Shown here: positions 48,251 to 58,127 of the stretch, piece by piece
How the letters are laid out: each line of letters begins with the position of its first letter
Position numbering within the stretch: position 1 is the stretch's first letter
Origin: Clostridia bacterium
GTDB taxonomy: Bacteria; Bacillota; Clostridia; TANB77; CAG-508
Direction: 5' to 3'
Length of the DNA: 64,000 nucleotides
Assembly (NCBI GenBank): GCA_017515985.1
Contig: JAFWDV010000008.1
Span: forward strand, 6,470 to 70,469
Translations under genes and position numbers: made by a program
Notes under the pieces: model-generated
What the model was told of the DNA's origin: nothing
Databases searched by the model: none
What the model saw: the letters and a program-made list of their open reading frames with translations, nothing else

Positions 48251-51200
48251 ACTGTGTATTTTGCTAAGAAGTTACCTTGTTTAATGTATGAATAGTATTT
48301 TTCAGCTACCTCTATATACGTCCTGCTTCCTGTACCTAGTTTCTTGTTGATGACTCTTGCAGGAACCGTATAGATATCTTTGCTCTCTAGCTCAAAATCA
48401 TTAGTTTCTTTAAAAACTCCGTTGCCATACAAATTTGCAGCTCTAATGTTATTCTTATCAATACTATCTGTGCTCTGTAATCTTGATAGATATGGATTAT
48501 ACATAACCTCTATTCCGTCGTTTTTCATATTTTTATCAATAACAAACTTAATTTTAACATTTCCTAAATCACGTGCATAGTAAGAAATAGTTGTATTGCT
48601 ATTAATTCTAATAGGTTTAATTATATTATCAGATTTCCCATTAATTTTTATATCTGATACATTGGTAATTTGATTTACCCTCGTATACTCCATAAAATTC
48701 ATATATAAATTATTTTCATCTGGAATTTTAATTTCTATTATATCTTCCTTTACTTCAGGTGTATTCTTTACTGAAATATATACTCCGTTTTTCGTGTATA
48801 GAGCTCCATCATAAGAATCCATAAACAATGTTCTAGTTACTTTTTCTACAAAATTTTCTATATCTGTTATATCGTTTTTGCATATATCCAAATACGTAAC
48901 AGAATCAACGTTAAACGCATCGAAATCATTTTTTAGTCCACAATCATTTACTGTGATTTTAGATAAGCTCTTGCCACTTAAATCGCCAGTTAAATTATGA
49001 TTATTTGATAGATTTATCTCTTTTAGATATTTGATTTGTTTAATCTCAGAAATATCTCCTAAGTCACAGTTTTCTACAGTAATTGTAGCAGCATTTTTTA
49101 ATGCTCCAAGATTTGATATTCCTTTATTCTCTGACAATATGTAATTGATTCCCAAACTTACACCATAGCCATTTCCTTCAGCTTTTTCAATGTCTTCCTC
49201 AGTAACTGACTCGATTAAGACATCTTTCGCATTCTTGATATCGCAGCTCTTTAGATATATTGTATATATTTTCTTAGATTTTCTTAATGGTTCATAACTT
49301 TCAATTTCAGTATTATATGATAAATCAACGATTGAAGCTTTTGAATTCTCAAGTCCAGAAATATTTTTCAATTTATTTTGAGATAAATCTATCTGAGTAA
49401 GTCCGTCTTTTTCAAGGATAACCATCACTGTATCAAGTGAATTTAATCCACAATTGCGAAGCTCTACGTAGTATAGCTCACTTAATTTTACAACCTCGCT
49501 ATAATCAGCAATGCTATTTCCACTTAAATTTAAAGACTTAAGATTTTTAAGATTCTCTGAGCTTCTAAAAGATGTAACAGCACAATTCTCTATTGATAAT
49601 CTGATTGATATATTTAAATTTTCGTATCCTCTTACACCATTATTTCCATCTAAAGTAAGCACGCTTACACTTACGTCTTTTAAGCAAGATACATCTTTTA
49701 TGTTGTTATTAGAAAGATTAATATTTACATTCTCTTTCTTAATCAACTTTTCAATTCCATCTATATTACTTAATTTATTATTTGATAAATTTATAGTATT
49801 TGCTTTATTAATAAAAGCCTTAAACTCATTAATATCATCTATATCCCTATTTGATAAATCAAGATTATTCGAAATAACATCTGGCCATAAATACTCTTCT
49901 CCATCAATTGTAACGATTTCATTGCTATATGTCTCGATGGCGTATTTACGCGCCTTCTCTCCTAATTTGCTAACATTTATCAAATCGGAATTTTTATTTA
50001 TTGATACTACCCCTGACATCTCTTTGTGAACTTTAAAATCTTCATAAGATATGTAGAAATATCCTCCATCTGCCCATTTTTCTCCCCAAGAATTTAGTGC
50101 TATGTATGCTCCATCTTTTTCTGGCACATTTCCATTTGGAGATTTGAAATTATCTCTAGAATAATTATCGTCCCATCCAACAATAGAAATTGAATGTGAT
50201 CCATCATTATCCTTTAAATCTTCTTTGTCTTTTGTATAATGATTTTCTCCATAATAAGGAGTGGCAATTGAAGCATATACTGAGCCATATTTCATAATAT
50301 GTGTTTTCACTGCTGTTTGTAGCTCTTTAAATCTATTTTCATAATCCTCTTGGGTGTTTTTATTTACAGTTGGAAAATCAACATACTTTGTTATATATAA
50401 ACTTTCTAACGGCGTATTATAAAAAGTATTGTATTCATAATCGTCGTATACATTTAAGGGAACTTCTTCCTCTGTAGCAAATCCTCTGTATGCTTGATTG
50501 TAGTTCTTCATATCTGAAAAGTTACCGCCACAATTTGCTTCTCTTTTACTTAATGTCATTAAATTTGAAGCCATATAATCAACATGACTTTCAGATAAAT
50601 CATATTTTTTTCCTTGCGTTAAAGCTAGATTCGTTTCAACACACTTTATAGCAGCAAAATCCCAGCATAAACCAAAGCCACCTTGATCTTCAACCTTAAT
50701 ACTAATCTCATCCTTTAAGTTGAATCTTTCTGGTAAAACTATATCGTCGTCCTGCTCTTGCTCGCTCTCTTCTTCGCTACTTTTATCCTCGCCTTTTTTA
50801 TCGTCGCTCTCTTTTTGCTCATCATCTTTCTTATCTTCTTGTTTGATGTCTTCCTTCTGATCTTCTATTATATTCTCAAGCTCACTGTAATCGATATTTT
50901 CTTTTCTAGGAACAGCTTCAACTTTTGCCTTGTCTTCGTCAGACAAATTTAAGTATTCTTCATATTCTTGTGAGTAATTGTTAGTATTACTTACACTAGC
51001 AGTTTTAACCTTTTCAATTTTCTTAGCTATTTCTACACGCTCTTGAACTTGATCCTCAATACTACCGTTTTCGATTATTTCATTACTTGTTTTTTTATCT
51101 TCCTCTTCTTTTGGTTTATTTTCAGGTGTATTCTTTTTAGCAATCTCTTTTTTCTCATTCTTCTGCTCTTCAACTACGCTTTTTTCAGCTTGTTTTTCTT

Positions 51201-51312
51201 TTGCCTTCATTGTGTTTGCAATATTATTTCCAACTACAACACTAATAAAAACTGTAATTGCTGCAACAATTATAAATACTATGACCTTATTCTTTGAAAA
51301 AAACTTCCCCAT
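48241..51312 (-). CDS. Membrane-anchored papain-family (C1) cysteine peptidase fused to LRRs (paralogue, about 1023 aa). The likely start is MGKFFSKN.
   Basis: QGGFGLCWDFAA, GSHSISIVGWDD, NSWGEKWADGGYFYIS. LRRs INLSNNKLSNIDG etc. Acidic Lys/Glu/Asp-rich linker. Confidence 0.75.
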   Translation of the reverse strand: MGKFFSKNKVIVFIIVAAITVFISVVVGNNIANTMKAKEKQAEKSVVEEQKNEKKEIAKKNTPENKPKEEEDKKTSNEIIENGSIEDQVQERVEIAKKIEKVKTASVSNTNNYSQEYEEYLNLSDEDKAKVEAVPRKENIDYSELENIIEDQKEDIKQEDKKDDEQKESDDKKGEDKSSEEESEQEQDDDIVLPERFNLKDEISIKVEDQGGFGLCWDFAAIKCVETNLALTQGKKYDLSESHVDYMASNLMTLSKREANCGGNFSDMKNYNQAYRGFATEEEVPLNVYDDYEYNTFYNTPLESLYITKYVDFPTVNKNTQEDYENRFKELQTAVKTHIMKYGSVYASIATPYYGENHYTKDKEDLKDNDGSHSISIVGWDDNYSRDNFKSPNGNVPEKDGAYIALNSWGEKWADGGYFYISYEDFKVHKEMSGVVSINKNSDLINVSKLGEKARKYAIETYSNEIVTIDGEEYLWPDVISNNLDLSNRDIDDINEFKAFINKANTINLSNNKLSNIDGIEKLIKKENVNINLSNNNIKDVSCLKDVSVSVLTLDGNNGVRGYENLNISIRLSIENCAVTSFRSSENLKNLKSLNLSGNSIADYSEVVKLSELYYVELRNCGLNSLDTVMVILEKDGLTQIDLSQNKLKNISGLENSKASIVDLSYNTEIESYEPLRKSKKIYTIYLKSCDIKNAKDVLIESVTEEDIEKAEGNGYGVSLGINYILSENKGISNLGALKNAATITVENCDLGDISEIKQIKYLKEINLSNNHNLTGDLSGKSLSKITVNDCGLKNDFDAFNVDSVTYLDICKNDITDIENFVEKVTRTLFMDSYDGALYTKNGVYISVKNTPEVKEDIIEIKIPDENNLYMNFMEYTRVNQITNVSDIKINGKSDNIIKPIRINSNTTISYYARDLGNVKIKFVIDKNMKNDGIEVMYNPYLSRLQSTDSIDKNNIRAANLYGNGVFKETNDFELESKDIYTVPARVINKKLGTGSRTYIEVAEKYYSYIKQGNFLAKYTVRK

Positions 51313-51479
51313 TAAAATAACCCCTCTCAAAAGTAACCTGAATAGACTACTTTTACGTAAAAAAAATACTCTTCAATTATACAACAAAATGCCATATTTT
51401 TCAACAATTACCAAAAAAGATGAACTCTTATTCCAGAATTCATCTTTTCTATCTTATTTATTTTATCACTAGCCAAGTC

Positions 51480-52844
51480 TTATTTAAGCTTCTTTTCAAT
51501 TAAATCTGCAATCTCTCTTGCCTTCTTTGTAATATAATCTTGGTCTTCTCCTTCAATCATAACTCTTACTAGTGGCTCTGTTCCTGAAGCTCTAATTAGC
51601 ACTCTTCCATTTCCATCAAACTCTTTATCAAGTTTGCTTATTGCATCTTTAATCTCTTCATCTTTATCAAAGTCGTATTTCTTTTCTGAAGAAACCTTAG
51701 CATTTATAAGAACTTGAGGATATGCCTTCATAATTCCAGCAACTTCAGATGCTTTTTTGCCAGATTCTAGAATTGCTCTTATAAGCATAAGTGATGTTAA
51801 AATACCATCTCCTGTTGGGTTATAATCAAGGCATATAACGTGACCTGATTGCTCACCACCAAGGTTGTATCCTTCTTTTAACATTTCTTCAAGAACATAT
51901 CTATCACCAACTTTTGTTTGAACAAAGTTTAAGTCATTTTCTTTGGCATATTTATTTAATCCAAGGTTACTCATAACAGTAGCAACAACTGTATCCTTAT
52001 TTAATTTTCCTTTTGATTTTAGATATTTAGAAATTACTGCTAATAGCTTATCTCCATCAATATCGTTTCCATTTTCATCAACAGCTAAACATCTGTCACC
52101 ATCACCATCATAAGCAATACCTAAACTACATTTTTTATCAATTACATATTGTTTAAGCATTTCTAAATGTGTTGAACCACATCCGTCATTTATATTAATT
52201 CCATTAGGTGTGTCATTTATTACGTAATGCTTAATACCAAGAGCTGTGAAAACTTTGTCTGCTACAACTGATGTTGCACCGTTTGCAGTATCTATTGCAA
52301 CCACAAAATCATCTCTATTTAGCTCTTCAAGTTCCTCTTCGAAATTTTTTCTGAAGAAATAAACATATTCATCTAACAAATCTGTAGCAATTTCAGAAAC
52401 ACCTATCTTGTCATTGCAAGCTGTTAATTCATCAATTTTTCCTGAATCCATAATCTCTTCGATTTCTTCTTCTAATTCATCAGAAATCTTCATTCCTTTA
52501 TTGCTGAAGTATTTTACTCCATTAAATTCAAATGTATTATGAGAAGCAGAAATAACAACACTGGCATCTGCTTTTAATTTTTTTGTTAAATACGCTACAC
52601 CTGGTGTAGGCATAACTCCTAATATTTTAACGTTTGCTCCATAGCTTAAGAAACCTGCAACCATTGCGCTTTCTATAAGAGTTCCAGATATACGTGTATC
52701 TCTTCCAATAAGTATAGTTGGAGCATGATCTGTATGCTTTGATAAAACACAAGCACCTGCCTTTGCAACTTTATAAACTAAAGCTGGCGTAAGCTCTGTG
52801 TTTGCAATTCTTCTAATCCCATCTGTTCCAAAATATTTTCTCAT
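51480..52844 (-). CDS. glmM: Phosphoglucosamine mutase. The likely start is MRKYFGTDGIRR at 52844.
   Basis: GTDGIRR N-terminus, SASHN phosphoserine loop, and C-terminal GDGDR region. Confidence 0.9.
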   Translation of the reverse strand: MRKYFGTDGIRRIANTELTPALVYKVAKAGACVLSKHTDHAPTILIGRDTRISGTLIESAMVAGFLSYGANVKILGVMPTPGVAYLTKKLKADASVVISASHNTFEFNGVKYFSNKGMKISDELEEEIEEIMDSGKIDELTACNDKIGVSEIATDLLDEYVYFFRKNFEEELEELNRDDFVVAIDTANGATSVVADKVFTALGIKHYVINDTPNGININDGCGSTHLEMLKQYVIDKKCSLGIAYDGDGDRCLAVDENGNDIDGDKLLAVISKYLKSKGKLNKDTVVATVMSNLGLNKYAKENDLNFVQTKVGDRYVLEEMLKEGYNLGGEQSGHVICLDYNPTGDGILTSLMLIRAILESGKKASEVAGIMKAYPQVLINAKVSSEKKYDFDKDEEIKDAISKLDKEFDGNGRVLIRASGTEPLVRVMIEGEDQDYITKKAREIADLIEKKLK

Positions 52845-53066
52845 TTTGTTTACCTCCAATTTGTTTTCTAGAGCGTATGTAAAATACATAACATGGTTAT
52901 TATACATTCTGACTCTACTTTCGTCAATATAATTATTTTTTTGCACACTGTTTTGCTATATTATGTCAAATATTGTCAAAATATGACGTACGATTTTACT
53001 TTACAAAACGCTGTTTCCGTTGTATTATGTCTATTGTAAATTTTTATTCAAAAAATTTTTTTTTCT

Positions 53067-53840
53067 ATGAAAGGAGTTTTATTCACATTGAAAAAGTTTT
53101 CTCAATTACAAAAAAAGTTGGATGTGCTTGAAGCGCAAAAATTTGATATTGGCTCTTTTGAAAATCTATCACTATTTCAGTTTCTAAAATATAAGAGCAT
53201 TATTTCTAAAAAAAGTAAGTTGAAAATGCAAATGAAAAAATCTTTATCTGAAGCACAAAAAATAGTTTCATCATACAAAAAATATAAAGCAAAGCTTATC
53301 GATAATAATTCAATTAACTGCCGTAAATATCAAAAATTGATAAAAAAAGCTGAATACGAGGCAAATCTAAAATTATTTAAGTTAGGATTCATCAGTAAGA
53401 AACCAATACCACCACAATTTCAAAATATATGTAAAAAAATAAACTTACCTATTTTCAATTTCTTCAAAAGATTCGCAAAAAATATTACATATGTAAAATC
53501 TACGTTCATCCCACAACAAATCGAAAAAGTCACATTGAATACAGTAAAAAATGGCATCCGTGGCTACAGAGCAATACAGTCTAACTTCAGACTATTTGGA
53601 AAGCATCTATCATCAAACGAATGTGCAAGACATATACAAAACATTATTAAAAAAGCACAAGCACAAGTAAATACTGAAGATATGATGAACCTTTGCAATC
53701 ATCAACATACAAATAAAGAATCTTTCTATAGAGCATCATTGAAATTTGATTTGCCAAATCCATCTGCCATTGTTCAGAAAAGCACTGCACAAAAAAGAGC
53801 ACCTATTATGAAAGCATCATATTTAGAGCCAGACATGTAG
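53067..53840 (+). CDS. Basic Lys-rich hypothetical protein (257 aa).
   Basis: Long ORF with no TM and no recognisable motif. Confidence 0.45.
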   Translation: MKGVLFTLKKFSQLQKKLDVLEAQKFDIGSFENLSLFQFLKYKSIISKKSKLKMQMKKSLSEAQKIVSSYKKYKAKLIDNNSINCRKYQKLIKKAEYEANLKLFKLGFISKKPIPPQFQNICKKINLPIFNFFKRFAKNITYVKSTFIPQQIEKVTLNTVKNGIRGYRAIQSNFRLFGKHLSSNECARHIQNIIKKAQAQVNTEDMMNLCNHQHTNKESFYRASLKFDLPNPSAIVQKSTAQKRAPIMKASYLEPDM

Positions 53841-53848
53841 TTATATAA

Positions 53849-54485
53849 TTACGGCAAAATTTCTTTACAATTTGTAGGCTTTTTAAAACTTAGATACCAA
53901 CTTATTCCATTATTGTTTTTATTTATATCTTCTAATCTTTCATACACCCCATTAATCGTTCTAGGTATAGGATTTATTACAGGCTGGCAAGGCACCCAAT
54001 TTGCCGGAGTTGCAGCTTCATTACAATCTGCCACTTGCAAAGCATTTATAGCTCTTAGAATTTCTGGTATAAATCTACCCACATTCAGCGGATATATAAG
54101 TATCAACCTAATTCTTCCATTTGGATCAATTACATAAACATTTCTAACAGTTTCTGTGCTACTTACACTACTTGAAATCATACCGTATTTTCTGGCTATT
54201 TCCCCGCTTCTATCTGCTATAATTGGAAATGGTACTTTAATTCCAGTTCTACAATAAATATCATAAATCCAGGCAAGGTGCGAATTATTGCTATCAATAC
54301 TTAGCCCTAGCAAATCCGTATTAAGATTTTGAAAATATTGGTATGCTTTAGAAAAAGCAATAAATTCTGTTGTACACACTGGGGTGAAATCTCCGTGGAT
54401 GCGAGAAGAAAACCAGCCACCTACCTTTGTAGTCTGTCAGCTTAACATTACCCATTGTAGATTCTGCTTCAAAATCAGGTGCCAT
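53849..54485 (-). pseudogene. 1-Cys peroxiredoxin (Prx6-like) interrupted by a +1 frameshift at about 54392-54400.
   Basis: The N-terminal frame reads MAPDFEAESTMGNVKLTDYKGRWLVFFSHPR. It then shifts into DFTPVCTTEF..., which is the ORF at 53849..54379. The Prx6 signature FTPVCTTE is split across frames. Confidence 0.65.
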
Positions 54486-54662
54486 TTGTCCGAAGCCTTA
54501 CATTTCCGTTCATCATAACTTCATAATCCATATGAAAAAACCTCCAATCATATTTTTACATATAATATGATTGAAAATCAGCTCTTGATACTAAAATCAA
54601 TTGTCAAATCAATATTCATGTGTTATAATGAGTCATATTTTTTTTGAAAGGAATGAAAGTGT

Positions 54663-55280
54663 ATGACAAAAAACACACATTTAGCCGCTGGAGTAGCATT
54701 ATCTATTGCAATGATTATGCCAAACGAACTGCAGTCCCTAGCTGTGTGCATATGTGGGGCGGCAGTCGGAAGTACAATACCTGACGTAGATGTTGCATCT
54801 TCAAAACCTCGGAAAGAGCTAAGTACAATTGTAGGCTTTTCTGTTGCAATGGTTACTGCCCTTGTTGTGCTAGAAAATGTTCTTAACATTGGTCTTTATC
54901 AGATGATTGAATCACACACTGCACTTTATCGGATTATTCTTGGATATGTAACCTTCATACTTCTTTGCGTATTTGGCACAACAACCAAACATCGAACTTA
55001 CACACACTCCATCGTAGGATTGATTTCCTTTACAGGGGCAATGTGGGTACTGTTTCCTGATATGACATTTCCGTTTTTCATAGGAATGTTATCTCATATT
55101 TGGTTGGATTTGCTAAACACAAAAAAAGTACGAGTATTATATCCAATAAAAAAATTCGGTATTGCATTTAAACTCTGTCATGCTGAAGGAAAGGCTAACA
55201 AAACAATCTGCATAATTAGTACACTTGTCATCGTTGTTGAATTAATCATATTCGCTCTGAATCTGATGAATGTAATTTAG
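54663..55280 (+). CDS. Membrane-bound metal-dependent hydrolase (YdjM/DUF457 family).
   Basis: Conserved His residues in TM context (HRTYTHSIVG, SHIWLDLLN). Confidence 0.65.
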   Translation: MTKNTHLAAGVALSIAMIMPNELQSLAVCICGAAVGSTIPDVDVASSKPRKELSTIVGFSVAMVTALVVLENVLNIGLYQMIESHTALYRIILGYVTFILLCVFGTTTKHRTYTHSIVGLISFTGAMWVLFPDMTFPFFIGMLSHIWLDLLNTKKVRVLYPIKKFGIAFKLCHAEGKANKTICIISTLVIVVELIIFALNLMNVI

Positions 55281-55284
55281 CAAA

Positions 55285-55336
55285 AGTGACAAAAAGAGCG
55301 GCACTCATTCATCTGAGTGCTGCTCTTTTATTATTA
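55285..55336. repeat. Direct-repeat copy 1 (terminator-like hairpin) bounding the 4-gene cassette.
   Basis: AGTGACAAAAAGAGCGGCACTCATTCATCTGAGTGCTGCTCTTTTATTAT. It matches 58076-58126 at 47 of 50 positions. Confidence 0.8.
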
Positions 55337-55337
55337 T

Positions 55338-55820
55338 TTATGTATCCTCTCTAAAATAATATAATTTATTAGAATCAGTATCATAAATTGCAACAGTATA
55401 GTTCCTGCTAACTCTATCAAAAATTTCATCAGACTCATGTTTATTTGCTGCCATATTGTTCCTATCTATTAGATACCAATACCCTTTATTTATTATTGGT
55501 ATTGACATCTCTTCTTCCGGAGGTCTATTTATATATTTTTGCAGTGTTTCATTCATAGGCAATTTATTCCAATATCCATTGTCTTTTATCTTTTGTACGA
55601 ATTTTTGTGCCTGCTTTTCGTTAAAATATACTTCTGCTTTCGTTTCACCATCCATATGGAAACCACCATGGCTATCTACACACGATATTTTTGCTGTAAG
55701 AGGTATTTTTATTTCTAAATCTGAAGAAATCATAAAATGCCAACCAAATACAATTTCAATAAAAACATAACACATTATTATAAAAAACAAAATGCCACAT
55801 GCAAAAAAAAATTTTTTCAC
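55338..55820 (-). CDS. Small single-pass membrane protein (160 aa) with an extracytoplasmic domain; last gene of the cassette.
   Basis: N-terminal TM FFFACGILFFIIMCYVFIEIVF. Abuts the upstream gene with a 0 nt gap. Confidence 0.5.
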   Translation of the reverse strand: MKKFFFACGILFFIIMCYVFIEIVFGWHFMISSDLEIKIPLTAKISCVDSHGGFHMDGETKAEVYFNEKQAQKFVQKIKDNGYWNKLPMNETLQKYINRPPEEEMSIPIINKGYWYLIDRNNMAANKHESDEIFDRVSRNYTVAIYDTDSNKLYYFREDT

Positions 55821-56864
55821 CTAATTCACCTCATAGTCATTAATTTCAAATTTAATATTTATATTATACTCCTTTATTACACCATATTCTACAGATATAT
55901 GTGCCAAGTTATATATCAAACTTGAGAACATGCTCTTTGGTACACTATTCGCATCCTTGTAATACTTAACAATATCTTTAAATTCCGTATAATCATATCT
56001 GTCAAACAAATAAATTGTTAAATTCCATTTATCATTTTCTTTTTTGCCTTTAACTTTAATACTTGCACCATGTATTGCATAGTATAAATCTTTATCTTTG
56101 AATACAATAGATTGATCAATCTTATCATCATTTGTAAATTCATCATGTTTATTACCATATTTTATGACTATTTCTTTTATCTTTTTTTGGAAATACTGAT
56201 CTCTTTCTATCTCATCAATTATAAGCCCATCTGTAATAAGAACATCACTTGTTTTTTTTCCCAATGAGCGCTGTAGCAAATCTGAAGAAATATCATAATT
56301 AGCAATTTTTCCACATTCAATTATCACCTGCCAAAACGCATATTGCATTGCTCGTGATGAATCCATATAAAATTGATTTGAATTTTTACTTATATTAAAT
56401 ATGTAACTAAAACCACCTGTTAAAATTTTTGTGAATAAATCTTTGTCTTTACTACTTTTTAATTTATTAAGATTTAAATTAAACTTCTGCTCCCTTTTGT
56501 ATAAGCTATAAGCCTCTTTTAATTTTATTTTAGTTGCAGTAACAAGCATTGAAAAACCACTTGTATTTCCAATTCGCGATATATCTTCTTTCAACTCAGA
56601 TTTTATTTGATTATAATCGCCATATTTTAACTTGTCTAAATACTGATATGTTAAATATCTATCAACAAGCCATACCTTTTGATCAGCATTTAAATTTTTC
56701 ATATTAGTTTGCTTCATAATACATTTATATAAGTACGACTCTCTATTTTTAACTTTTTTGGGAAGATCACAATTCAAAAGCTTGTATACGTTTAAAATGC
56801 ATCCGCTTCCAAATACAGTCTTTGTTTTCTTCATATCCTTTTTACACAATAAACATTCATGCAT
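55821..56864 (-). CDS. Hypothetical 347 aa protein with an N-terminal Cys cluster (CLLC...GSGC); cassette gene 3.
   Basis: Operonic with the PRTase and Rossmann genes. No family recognised. Confidence 0.5.
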   Translation of the reverse strand: MHECLLCKKDMKKTKTVFGSGCILNVYKLLNCDLPKKVKNRESYLYKCIMKQTNMKNLNADQKVWLVDRYLTYQYLDKLKYGDYNQIKSELKEDISRIGNTSGFSMLVTATKIKLKEAYSLYKREQKFNLNLNKLKSSKDKDLFTKILTGGFSYIFNISKNSNQFYMDSSRAMQYAFWQVIIECGKIANYDISSDLLQRSLGKKTSDVLITDGLIIDEIERDQYFQKKIKEIVIKYGNKHDEFTNDDKIDQSIVFKDKDLYYAIHGASIKVKGKKENDKWNLTIYLFDRYDYTEFKDIVKYYKDANSVPKSMFSSLIYNLAHISVEYGVIKEYNINIKFEINDYEVN

Positions 56865-56888
56865 AATAATATTTCCTCCCTATTCTTA

Positions 56889-57437
56889 TTAAAATAAGCA
56901 TATCTGCGTATAAGATTTAAGTTTTTTTTGAGGTAATAATGCTTTCAATTTACTGTTTAATGTTATATTAGAGCCTAAAAAAGTTTCTAACTCATCCATA
57001 TTCTTTATGTAATAAAATCTATCATTTTGCGTATAGTACAATATAACTCTTTTGCCATAATTCAATAAATTTACAATATTATTGAATGTTCCACGGCTCT
57101 TTCCATTCCATATCATAAATCCTATTTCTGCGTCTTTAACCATTTTTAAATCTTTTTCCGCATAAAAATAAAATCCCTTTTTGAATTTATCAACAACTAC
57201 ATTTTCAATCTGCCAATCACCATAATTATTTCGCGCTAAACCATTGCTTGCATATACTTTTACATTTTTGTATGATTTTTGTTGAAAATATTTCTGAACG
57301 CAACTGTCTACTCCATCTGCATCACCTATTAAAACATCGTATTTTTTCTCACATATTTTATCCAATTTTTCCGTTATCTTCTCATTTATTTCACGAATAA
57401 CTCTTGGTCCGGCAATAAAAACTTTCAACAATATCAC
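56889..57437 (-). CDS. Rossmann-fold protein resembling the SLOG / nucleoside 2-deoxyribosyltransferase (YpsA/NDT-like) superfamily; cassette gene 2.
   Basis: N-terminal KVFIAGPR (cf. YLAGP of the NDT family). GDADGVD glycine-rich loop. About 180 aa. Overlaps the upstream PRTase gene by 4 nt (ATGA). Confidence 0.4.
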   Translation of the reverse strand: MILLKVFIAGPRVIREINEKITEKLDKICEKKYDVLIGDADGVDSCVQKYFQQKSYKNVKVYASNGLARNNYGDWQIENVVVDKFKKGFYFYAEKDLKMVKDAEIGFMIWNGKSRGTFNNIVNLLNYGKRVILYYTQNDRFYYIKNMDELETFLGSNITLNSKLKALLPQKKLKSYTQICLF

Positions 57438-57997
57438 CCCTTAGTCTTTGTCATTGCAATACAATATATCTTTTTTACATTTATATCATTTTTTAATATT
57501 TTGCATGTTTCATTTAATGTTGCTCCTGTACTGTATAAATCATCAATTACAAGCACATTTGCAGGTTTATCTATATCTCCAATTTTTTTTATCATACCAC
57601 TTATATTGTATCCATCTTTTACCTGTAAATTGCTCTCTTTTGATAACAAATCTGTTCTACATTCCTTTTTTAGATATGCTGCAATTTCTTTGGAAATTTC
57701 AAACACTGGTTGATATTCTCTTAATTTGTTTGATGGTGGCACAGGAATAACTACATCTATCTTTTTACTTAAATTCCATCTATCTAATATATCTCTTAGC
57801 AAACACATTATTTTTTTGAGACTTTCTCTATTTTTTTGATATTTTAATTGGTATATTAATTCTCCAATTTCAGTTCTTGTATTTTCAAATCTTTCCTTTC
57901 CATTTTCATCATATCCGATAAAAATACTCTTTAGCATATGGTTGTCCAATACGATTCCCTCATCCCAAACACCATATATTCTAACTGGATTTAACAT
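57434..57997 (-). CDS. Phosphoribosyltransferase-domain protein (ComF C-terminal-like type I PRTase fold, no zinc ribbon); cassette gene 1.
   Basis: PRPP-binding loop VLVIDDLYSTGATLNE. Promoter-like TTGATA-17-TATTAT and RBS AAGAGGTG upstream (58020-58050). Confidence 0.6.
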   Translation of the reverse strand: MLNPVRIYGVWDEGIVLDNHMLKSIFIGYDENGKERFENTRTEIGELIYQLKYQKNRESLKKIMCLLRDILDRWNLSKKIDVVIPVPPSNKLREYQPVFEISKEIAAYLKKECRTDLLSKESNLQVKDGYNISGMIKKIGDIDKPANVLVIDDLYSTGATLNETCKILKNDINVKKIYCIAMTKTKG

Positions 57998-58075
57998 CTT
58001 TGAATCACCTCTTTTGTGGTTATAATATCACACTTTTGTTTGGTTATCAATGATTTTATTAATTATTTTATATCT

Positions 58076-58126
58076 TAGTGACAAAAAGAGCGGCCCCCAT
58101 TCATCTGAGTGCTGCTCTTTTATTAT
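58076..58126. repeat. Direct-repeat copy 2 bounding the 4-gene cassette.
   Basis: AGTGACAAAAAGAGCGGCCCCCATTCATCTGAGTGCTGCTCTTTTATTAT. Confidence 0.8.
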
Positions 58127-58127
58127 A

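Noticed and set aside
1694-55925. Numerous 60-170 aa plus-strand ORFs embedded in minus-strand genes (e.g. 1694..1960, 5851..6372, 30054..30527, 49511..50029, 55456..55770)
   Set aside because: They overlap strongly supported coding sequences on the opposite strand. They are low-complexity or hydrophobic artefacts of AT-rich sequence and lack RBSs.
58020-58050. Whether the promoter-like TTGATA-17-TATTAT upstream of the PRTase gene is part of the direct repeat
   Set aside because: It lies outside the 50 bp repeat and is unique. It is treated as the cassette promoter, not as a separate repeat feature.
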